Source: an uncultured Spirochaetota bacterium (GTDB lineage Bacteria > Spirochaetota > UBA4802 > UBA5550). From it: a DNA stretch of 64,000 bases. Every line of letters begins with the position of its first letter. Within the stretch, counting starts at the first letter, position 1. The notes below the pieces were generated by a model. That model did not search any database. It was not told where the DNA came from and saw nothing but the letters and a program-made list of their open reading frames with translations. Location of the stretch: positions 64,001 to 128,000 of the forward strand of contig CAWHAA010000006.1 in the NCBI GenBank assembly GCA_963827275.1. The letters are read 5' to 3'. Below, piece after piece: positions 9,702-18,106 of the stretch. Position numbers and translations under genes: made by a program.

Positions 9702-10322
9702 ATGGAGAGATACATGAAAGGCGATTTACGGAAAAACCAGATCCTCGACTGCTCAAAAAAAATATTCTCAGAAAAGGGATATTACGAGACCTACGTAGAA
9801 GAGGTGATCAAGGAGGCAAAAGTCGGGAAAGGGACTTTTTACCGCTATTTCAAGAACAAGGAAGACCTCTTCATATCCCTCCTCATTAAATTCCTCAACG
9901 AATGGGAGGAATTCGCCTCTATCGAATTGTCTGAATTCAAGTCGGACAACATCGAGGAGTTGTTCAGATTGCTCATCAGGAAGAGCTTCAAATTTTTCAA
10001 GGAAAATGAAGAGCTCTGCAACATATACCTCCGGATAGGGCCCGGCCTGAACAACATCTTCGAGCCGTACCTGATGCAGTTTGAGCGAAAGATGCTGAAT
10101 TACATAATCCTGTACATGGAGGAAGGGGTAACGCTCGGAACGATCAGGCAGGACCTGAATATCGAGCTTGCGGCCAATATCGTGGCGGGGGCCTTTCTCA
10201 GGGTCGACTACTATTATTTTATCCTCAAAAAGAACAGCGGCCCGGGGGACATGGATATCGAGAAAATGTCCGAAACATTTTATCAGATTATAATGCACGG
10301 CATCATGGGGCAGCGCGGGTAA
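9702..10322 (+). CDS. TetR/AcrR-family transcriptional regulator
   Basis: N-terminal HTH FSEKGY...KGTFYRYFKNKEDL. Confidence 0.95.
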   Translation: MERYMKGDLRKNQILDCSKKIFSEKGYYETYVEEVIKEAKVGKGTFYRYFKNKEDLFISLLIKFLNEWEEFASIELSEFKSDNIEELFRLLIRKSFKFFKENEELCNIYLRIGPGLNNIFEPYLMQFERKMLNYIILYMEEGVTLGTIRQDLNIELAANIVAGAFLRVDYYYFILKKNSGPGDMDIEKMSETFYQIIMHGIMGQRG

Positions 10323-10325
10323 AAA

Positions 10326-10353
10326 ATCGGGGCAGGCGGCAGCCTGCCCCGAT
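10326..10353. terminator. Hairpin terminator between convergent genes
   Basis: ATCGGGGCAGGC-GGCA-GCCTGCCCCGAT preceded by an A-tract (U-tract on the minus strand). Confidence 0.8.
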
Positions 10354-10381
10354 GCGTTACAAAATCAGTTTTGCTCTATAA

Positions 10382-12004
10382 TCATTTCCCCGGCAGCGGG
10401 TCCTTCGTCGCAAGCTTCGACGGCATGAATATCCCGATTACGCCATTGATTCCCACGCTCATCACTATGTTGAAAAAGAACGCGGCAAAACCGAGGAAGA
10501 GGAGCGACCCGGCGAGCGCGGCGAGCACCATGTAGGGCAGGAACTCTCCTTCAAAGTAGATCGTGCGCCGGAGCATCCCCTGCAGGCCGGCCATGCCCAT
10601 GAACGCGCCCATGCCGATGCCGCCCAGCAGGTGGGCCCAGAAATGGAAGATCGCGAGCTTCTCGCTGTAGAGCTTCGCCCCGTTCGTCAGGATCGGGAAA
10701 AGAAAATAGATCGCCGAGTAGAGCGTCATGGTAAGCCCGACCAGTATCGCGACGTGGACGTGGGGACCGACGATCCACTGGGTGTTGTGCAGAATCCTGT
10801 TCAGGCCCAGGTCCGCCTGTATGATGCCGGCCGGCACCGCCAGGGCGAACCCGAGCAGGCCGCCCAGCAGGAACCTGAGCGGGTTGGTCATCTTGAGCGG
10901 GCGGGCGCTCCAGAGGGTCACCAGTGTTATGAAGAAGGCCAGGCCCTGGGTGATCAGCTCGAACGCGGTGACCATCTCGCCCGATACGATCTTGAGGATC
11001 CCGGGCTGGGCCTGGTCGGACATCAGGTGGTGCGACCATACGGTCCAGGAGACCACGAGCTCGACAAAGAGGGCCGCGCGCGCTATGTTTTCCATGAAGA
11101 GCTTCTTCCCCGTGATCAGGGTGGCGAGGAGGTACCATGTCCCGGCCACGTAGATGAGCACCAGCCCGTCGGCGATGAGGTCAAGCCCCCACCAGAACCA
11201 GTTTTTATAGAGCAGCGCGTCAACGGCGGAATGCTTCAGGTCAAAGCCGAGGATCGCGGCGATCATGTACACGAGGATCAGCACGCCGGTGAACAGGATA
11301 ACGCCGGAGTTGAGCGCCGTGTCGATGGTGCCGCGGGCGATCGCCGCTACCGGCAGGGACACCAGGTGCTCTTTCTTGTTTTTAGAGAAAAGGTTCCTGA
11401 AACCGCTCAGTCCAAGCGCTGACGCGATGAGCGCGCCGGTCGGCTGTTTGGGCTTTCCCTCGGGGGTATAGCCTATGGTCGCGAAGATGTTTATGACGAA
11501 GAAGACCGTGCCCAGCATGATCAGCGCGATGCCGACGATGAAAAAGGTGCCGCCCCATACGCTGAACTGGGTGAAATCCGCGGGAAGGGGCCAGTACAGG
11601 GTGTACAACGGCGCGTAATGGGTGATGAAGCCCGCGAGCCAGAAGGTGAGGGTGCCGAACCCGACGAGGGCGCAGGTCCAGTTCGCGAGCTTGATGCTCC
11701 AGAGCGGCTTTTTCATTAAAAACGGCACCAGGAAGAGAAAGGCGCCGAATACGATCGAATAGGTGGAGCCGAATATCCCGACGAGCGGGTGCGCCGTCAG
11801 CATCCCGTAATACTGCTCGGGAGGTATGAGGTCGACCGCCGGCTTGACGAGGTAGAGCCTCATGAGCATGCCTTCGATCAGCGCGAAGCCGTAATAGACC
11901 AGCCCCACAACAACGAACCGCAATGTCATTTTCTGCATGGGGGTCAGGGAGACTGATTTGAACAGGCCCTGTTCGCCATTGATGAGTGTTTTAATAAAGT
12001 TCAT
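10382..12004 (-). CDS. Heme-copper oxidase superfamily subunit I with a non-canonical active site (gNOR-like nitric oxide reductase candidate)
   Basis: Highly hydrophobic; TAHP, YTLYWPL, WSHHL and PHVH retained; helix VI reads WFWWGLDLIADG with no His or Tyr. Confidence 0.8.
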   Translation of the reverse strand: MNFIKTLINGEQGLFKSVSLTPMQKMTLRFVVVGLVYYGFALIEGMLMRLYLVKPAVDLIPPEQYYGMLTAHPLVGIFGSTYSIVFGAFLFLVPFLMKKPLWSIKLANWTCALVGFGTLTFWLAGFITHYAPLYTLYWPLPADFTQFSVWGGTFFIVGIALIMLGTVFFVINIFATIGYTPEGKPKQPTGALIASALGLSGFRNLFSKNKKEHLVSLPVAAIARGTIDTALNSGVILFTGVLILVYMIAAILGFDLKHSAVDALLYKNWFWWGLDLIADGLVLIYVAGTWYLLATLITGKKLFMENIARAALFVELVVSWTVWSHHLMSDQAQPGILKIVSGEMVTAFELITQGLAFFITLVTLWSARPLKMTNPLRFLLGGLLGFALAVPAGIIQADLGLNRILHNTQWIVGPHVHVAILVGLTMTLYSAIYFLFPILTNGAKLYSEKLAIFHFWAHLLGGIGMGAFMGMAGLQGMLRRTIYFEGEFLPYMVLAALAGSLLFLGFAAFFFNIVMSVGINGVIGIFMPSKLATKDPLPGK

Positions 12005-12052
12005 AGTGTATTCCTCATGTTATATCATTGTATCACTTGTACCGCGGCGGCT

Positions 12053-12601
12053 TCATTCGGTCACTTCAACCGCGTTCTTTTCAATCATGCCGATGCCTTT
12101 CGGCCCTGAATATTCAGTGGACCTGATGGTGTACAGCCCGGGCCTCTCAAAGCGCCAGATGATGTCGTTCATGTGCCCCGGCAATACCTGCATCTGGAAC
12201 AGCATGGAATTGTCTTCGCGGAAGAGGCCGAAACCGTACGTGAGGTCTTCGGAGGTCACGTTGAATCGGGCGATCTCGCCCTTTTTAATGACCATTTTCT
12301 CAGCGGGGAGGATGAACCGGTGCCTGACAATATTGATGTCGAACGTCTTGTCGGCCTTGTAATCCGCCCTGTTCAGGTCCATCGGCTTCCATGGTATCGT
12401 TTCATGCGTGATGATGTGCAATGAAACCCCGGCGAGCACCAGGAACCCGAAAAAGGTATAAAAGAGCGCGGGTTTGATCTCCTTGCCCTTTCCGCTTCTT
12501 GTCACCCTGTAGCCGAACCAGCCTATGACGGACATGATGGCCAGGGCATACAGCGTATACGCGATAGTCTGACCGGTGAGAACCATGCTTGAATCTACCA
12601 T
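12053..12601 (-). CDS. Heme-copper oxidase subunit II-like cupredoxin lacking CuA ligands
   Basis: Two TM helices plus cupredoxin (VTSEDLTYGF, PGLY.IRSTEYSG); Ser at the CuA Cys positions. Confidence 0.8.
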   Translation of the reverse strand: MVDSSMVLTGQTIAYTLYALAIMSVIGWFGYRVTRSGKGKEIKPALFYTFFGFLVLAGVSLHIITHETIPWKPMDLNRADYKADKTFDINIVRHRFILPAEKMVIKKGEIARFNVTSEDLTYGFGLFREDNSMLFQMQVLPGHMNDIIWRFERPGLYTIRSTEYSGPKGIGMIEKNAVEVTE

Positions 12602-12679
12602 ATCGCCTTCCTTTTTGATATAATGATGTTAGTGAAAAAAACCATGGGATGTTTATAGTATTTACCTGAAATATATGCA

Positions 12680-12693
12680 TTGATCCAGGTCAA
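12680..12693 (-). promoter_or_regulatory. CRP/FNR-family (FNR/DNR/HcpR-like) binding box
   Basis: TTGATCCAGGTCAA matches TTGAT-N4-ATCAA with one mismatch, 79 bp upstream of subunit II. Confidence 0.6.
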
Positions 12694-12854
12694 GTCAAGC
12701 GGCTAATTTTTGAGTTGCATGACATCCAGGGGATTCCTGATCGGCGTGAAGGTGGCCTGTTATGCGAAACTGGCGGTTACATATAACACGGTTTTCAGCC
12801 CGGGTCGGCGGAATGGCGAAGTAAATAGTGTACAGGAACGTTCTGTATATATAT

Positions 12855-12885
12855 AAAAAATGCCGGCATACAGCCGGCATTTTTT
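12855..12885. terminator. Bidirectional rho-independent terminator downstream of the RND gene
   Basis: AAAAAATGCCGGC-ATACA-GCCGGCATTTTTT. Confidence 0.85.
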
Positions 12886-13000
12886 TGTTTGCGTGAGACG
12901 CGTGCTCTTTCTTCGGGTGCGTGAGGAGCGCCAGGCAGAGAATGATCCCCGGGACCGGCGGGGCAAACGGCGACCGTGTAGCTGTCCGTGTCGCGTCAAC

Positions 13001-16000
13001 TCAGCGCTTCTTCGGTTTTTTCCTGCCTCCCGGGTAGTCCCCTGGTTTGGGTTTCCGGGGCGGATTTATGGTGATCCGGGCAGGCTCTCCCTCATAGACC
13101 TCGTCCGTCTCTTCGATAACGCCGGCGCCGTTGTCCTCCAGTTCCAACTTGTAATCGGGCCTGAACTTGCTCTCTATCCATTCCCGGAAGATGTCGATAT
13201 ATTCGAATACTGCCGGCACCACGATCAGGGTCAGGAAGGTCGAGAGGATCAGGCCGCCCATTATGGCGATACCCATGGCCATGCGGAATTTTGAGACCTC
13301 GCCGATGCCCAGGGCAATCGGCAGGGTGCCGGCCAGCATGGCAAACGTGGTCATCAGGATAGGCCGGAGCCGGATCATGCCCGCCTTGTAGATGGCCTCC
13401 TTCCGTGTCAGGCCTGAACGGAACCCTTCGAGGGCGAAGTCCACAAGGAGGATCGAGTTCTTCGTGACCAGGCCCATGAGCATGATAATGCCGATCATGG
13501 AGAACATGTTCAGCTGCTCGCCGAACATGAAAAGGGCCAGGAGCGCGCCGGAGAGCGCCGGCGGCAGGGCAATGAGGATCGTCACCGGGGTAATGAAAGA
13601 CTCATACAGGCTTGAGAGGATAAAATATATGAATATGACCGCCAGCAGCATGGCGAGCAGAATGTCTTCCATAAGCTCCTTCAGGTCCTCGGCCTGCCCG
13701 ATAAAGCCGTACGTTATTCCTTTCGGGGGCGGCATTTTTTTCGTGAGCAGCTCCATCGAATAATCCGTCGCGCTGCCCATGGCGCCGTCGGGTGTAAGGT
13801 TCGCGGTGATCTGCACGACCCGGGAACGGTCACTCCTGAGGATCTGCGAGGGGCCAAATTTGTCCACGCCTTTGCTGAGGGCTTTAAGCGGCACCATGCG
13901 GTACATCTGGTTCGGGACCCTGGTATTTTCGAAGGCGGACCTTAGATCACGCTGGTCCGGCTTCAGGCGGATGCGGACGTCATACTCGATGCCGTTATCG
14001 TGCAGCTCGCCGACCACTTCGCCGGCTATCTGGTAGCGGAGCTCTGCGCCTGCTATGGACGGCATGACGCCGAATTTCTGCATTTCGTTCGGGTTGAACA
14101 CCACCTGGAATTCGGGCTTGCCTGCCTCGGAGCTGATGTCGATGTCTGAGAGGTCTGGGCTTTTTTTCAGTTCCGTGAAGAGCTTCTGCGCGTACTCGTT
14201 AAGAACTTCCAGGTCATTGCCGATTATGTTCAGGACATAGGCCGACATCGCCATGTTCCCCAGGCTGTACTCGGTGAGCTTCGGACGGTCATTGGGGAAT
14301 TCCTTCAGGAGCGTGTTCCTGATCGCGGTCTTTATGTCCGGCGCGGAGCGCTCGCGGTCATCAATGTCGACCAGGGAAAGGCCCATGGTGACGCTGTTGG
14401 GCTGCTGCCGTGTTCATCGCGTTCATGCCGACGATAATGGACATCGTGTTCACTTCGGGGGCAACGGCCAGTATCCGTTTTGCCGCCCTGTTCGCAACCT
14501 CATTGGTGCCGTCCAGGCTCGTGCCGGACGGCATCTGCAGCGATATGTTGAAGTCACCGAAATCGCTCGAGGACATGAAGTTCTTCTTGATAAAGGGCGC
14601 TGTCGCGAGGCTGCCGACAAATATGATGGTGGTGATGCCCGATAATGATGAAGCGGGTGGTCCAGGGTGAAGGTCATGATCCTGCCGTACCAGCGTTCCA
14701 TCCATTCCTGGAACCGTTCGAAGTTTCGAATGACCACGTTCTGGGCGACCTGGCCCGGTGCCGGCAAAGTAGGCGGAAAGGAAAGGGCGCGACCGTGAGG
14801 GCGTCAAAGAGGCTGATGGACATGGCGAAGACAATGGTGAAGCCGAACTGCTTGAAGAACTGGCCGACTATGCCGCCCAGGAAGCCGATCGGGACGAAGA
14901 CGGCCATGATGGTGAGGGTCGTGGCGATGACCGCCAGCATGACCTCCGTGGTGCCCTTTTCAGCGGCCTCGGCCGGCAGCATGCCCGACTTCGAGCTTTC
15001 TGAATATATTTTCCCGCACAACGATCGCGTCATCCACGAGGAGGCCGACCGTCAGCGACAGGGCCAGCAGGGTGATGACGTTGATGGTGTAGCCCATGAC
15101 GTACATGAGTATGAAGGCGCCCAGGAGGCTGTTCGGGAGCGCGATACCGGTGATGAAGGTGCTTCTGAGGTTTCCCAGGAACAGGTAAACGACGATGATG
15201 GCCAGGGCGATCCCGAGCAGGATGGTGACTTTCACCTCGTCAAGGTTCATGCGGACGATCTTTGCCCCGTCATAGATGAGGTTGAGCTTCGGCTTTCCGG
15301 CGCGGTCTTTCATGTCGGCGTTCATCTTGCCGATTCGCTCGACCACTCCATCGAGAACGGCTACCGTGTTGGCCCCCGACTGCCGGTACACTTCGAGGAA
15401 AAGCGCGGGCTTCATTTCACGCTTGATCGTTTTCTTCTTTTTGCTGAAGAAGCCGGATTTTTCGTTCGTGCCGCCGTTGACCGGCGCGTACAGATAGCCG
15501 TACGGTCGTTCTTTCCTCGGATCCGTCGCTGACGGTGCCGAGGGACTTGACCGAGATGGCGTTCCCGATGTCACCGGAAAACTGTACCACGGCATTGGCT
15601 ATCTGGTTGACGTCCGTGAATTGCGCCACGGTCCTGAAGGTGGTTTCTTTATCGGCCTTGTCATGCTTGCCCACGGGTATGTTCATCCCCGCGCTCTTGA
15701 TGGCGTTCGCGACGGCCAGGGCGGATACCTTGTGCTCGTTCAGCTTGTTGCGGTCGAGCTCTACCTGTATCTCGCGCCGGCGTCCGCCGACGATCTTGAC
15801 CTGCGCGACGCCGTTGACCTGCTGTAATCCGATCGTGATCTCTTCCTTTGCCAGGTCGTACATGTCATTCGTAGAGAGGTCGGCTGAAAGTGCGATCCGC
15901 GCGATCGACATGCTTGTGGGGTCGAACCGTATCACGAGCGGCTCTTCGATGTCCTCCGGAAGGTCCCTTCGTATCAGGTCAACCTTGTCCTTGACCTGCT

Positions 16001-16317
16001 GTTCCGCGTATTTCGGGTCGACGTCAAGGTTGAATTCAGCGATGACCAGGGACACGCTGTCCATGTTCCTCGACGACAAATGCTTCAGGCCGGCATATGG
16101 AGCTCACCTGGTCCTCTATCGGTTTTGAGATGAGGTTCTCGATCTCTTCAGGGGATGAACCGACGTAGACTGTCTGCACCACGACATAGGGGAATTCAAC
16201 GTCCGGGAACATGTCAATGCCGAGCCGGCTCATTGCGATTAAACCGACAAAGAGCAGGATGAAGACGATACTGGTAATTAATATAGGGCGCTTGATTGCG
16301 AGTCGTGCTATGTTCAT
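13001..16317 (-). pseudogene. RND (AcrB/AcrD/AcrF-family) efflux permease split by several +1 insertions (true pseudogene or sequencing errors)
   Basis: Consecutive fragments MNIARLAIKRP..., GLLVDDAIVVREN, FFKQFGFTIVFA, KNSILLVDF...RLRPILMTT in shifting frames. Confidence 0.85.
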
Positions 16318-16377
16318 ATATCAGTGGAACCTCTTTCGGGGAAATCAAATGAGACAGTAATTTTCAATTTTGACTTC

Positions 16378-16393
16378 TTAACCAGATGGTTAA
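16378..16393. promoter_or_regulatory. Palindromic operator upstream of the RND gene
   Basis: TTAACCA-GA-TGGTTAA, about 60 bp upstream of the start codon. Confidence 0.55.
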
Positions 16394-16449
16394 ATTTATG
16401 CAAGTAAAAATTTTGAAATGTGAAAAATTTGCGTAAGAGACGGCCCGGG

Positions 16450-17814
16450 TCATGACGTGATCATCTTGTACACGCCGAAATAGAGGATAATTGCCAGCAG
16501 GATCACCGGGGAAATGTACTTTATGGTAAAGGCCCATATCTCTTTAAGGTAGAAGCTGTTCGTGTCGGCGTCAAGCTCATGCATCGTCTTATGGAGGCCG
16601 TACTTGAACCCGAGGCATACCGCGATCAGGAACCCTCCGATGGGGAGCATGTAAATGGATGTCAGGATGTCCATGAAGTCGAAGTAGGTCTGCCCGAAAA
16701 ATATTCTGACGTCCTTCATTTCGCCAAAGGAGAGTGCCGCCGGGATGCCCAGCAGGAATATGAGGCCGCCGGCGGTGAGGACCGCCCTGGCGCGGCTCCA
16801 GCCTCTTTCATCAGTCACATACGCAACCACGACCTGGACAAGGGATATGGCGGAGGTGAGAGCGGCGATGAAGAGCAGGAGGAAGAAGAGCGTGGCGAAG
16901 ATGGAGCCGTACGGCATCCGGGAAAAAACCACCGGCAGGATGTTGAAGGTAAGGCCGGGGCCCTTCTCCGGGGTCATGCCGACGGCGAAGACCGCTGGGA
17001 AGATGGCCAGCCCGGCCAGGATCGCCACGAGTGAGTCGAGCCCGACGATTTTTATGGAAGAGCTGAGGATTTTATCCTTCCGCGAAAGATAGCTCCCGTA
17101 AGTAATCATGGCGCCCATACCGAGGCTCAGGCTGAAGAAGCATTGCCCAAGAGCCTCGATAACTACTTTCGGGGTTATCTTGGAAAAGTCCGGGTACAGG
17201 TAAAACCTGATGCCCGCCTCCGCCCCGGGCAGGGTGAGCCCGCGGATTATGAGAATGACAAGAAGGATAAAGAGGACCGGCATGATGATCTTGCTGAAGC
17301 GCTCGATCCCGCCGGCGACGCCGAAAATCACCACGCCGACCGTGGCGCCTATGAAGAGAAAGTGGTACAGGATCATTTCCCACGGGCTTTGGATGAAGCG
17401 CACGAAGAGCTGTTCTGAATCCGCCGAACTGGTGATGGCGCCGAGGGCGCCGCTGACCGATTTCACGAGGTAGCCGATCGTCCATCCGCCCACGACGCTG
17501 TAATAGGTCATGATGAAGAACCCGGCCGCGACCCCGAGATATCCCACCAGCGACCAGGCGCCTGTCCCGATTATCTTGAAGGCCCCCACCGGGTCCTTCT
17601 CCGTGTGCCGGCCGATTACAATCTCCGCGATCATTATGGGGAGCCCAAGGATCACGATGCAGACAAGGTATACCAGAACAAAGGCGGCGCCGCCGTTTTC
17701 ACCCGCAAGGTAGGGGAATTTCCAGATGTTGCCCAGGCCGATGGCGGAACCCGCTGCGGCAAGGATAAACCCCATTTTTGATCCCCACTGCTCTCGTTTC
17801 GGTTTGTCGGTCAT
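16450..17814 (-). CDS. Sodium-dependent transporter, NSS/SLC6 family
   Basis: REQWGS...GSAIGLGNIWKFPY...NGGAAF; QCFFSLSLGMG. Confidence 0.95.
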   Translation of the reverse strand: MTDKPKREQWGSKMGFILAAAGSAIGLGNIWKFPYLAGENGGAAFVLVYLVCIVILGLPIMIAEIVIGRHTEKDPVGAFKIIGTGAWSLVGYLGVAAGFFIMTYYSVVGGWTIGYLVKSVSGALGAITSSADSEQLFVRFIQSPWEMILYHFLFIGATVGVVIFGVAGGIERFSKIIMPVLFILLVILIIRGLTLPGAEAGIRFYLYPDFSKITPKVVIEALGQCFFSLSLGMGAMITYGSYLSRKDKILSSSIKIVGLDSLVAILAGLAIFPAVFAVGMTPEKGPGLTFNILPVVFSRMPYGSIFATLFFLLLFIAALTSAISLVQVVVAYVTDERGWSRARAVLTAGGLIFLLGIPAALSFGEMKDVRIFFGQTYFDFMDILTSIYMLPIGGFLIAVCLGFKYGLHKTMHELDADTNSFYLKEIWAFTIKYISPVILLAIILYFGVYKMITS

Positions 17815-18106
17815 GGCGGTTCTCTCCTTGCTGGTATAACCTGAGAATAATAGTCATTTTTATGAATTTGCCGCTGTCAATAATAATTTGTGCTTTTGAA
17901 TATTGAGCGGCTGGAGAAGCGGGTAAAAATGTTCTTGAATCTTGATGGATTATGGTGTCGTAATGTTAAAAGAGGGCCATCGTTCGCGGGATTTACGGCG
18001 AGCGCCATGCAAGAAAAAAGCCGACCAAACCGGATGACGGGCCGATAATATCTTAAAAGGCGGCCGCACATGCCGGCGCGAAGGATGATGGCCTGTAAAG
18101 ACGGCA

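Noticed and set aside
10382..12601. Conventional cbb3/ba3/aa3 cytochrome c oxidase
   Set aside because: The helix-VI His and Tyr and the CuA ligands are absent, and there are no ccoO/ccoP cytochrome subunits.
14390..16100. Programmed ribosomal frameshifting in the RND gene
   Set aside because: Too many shifts, no consistent slippery sequences, and all are explained by +1 insertions.
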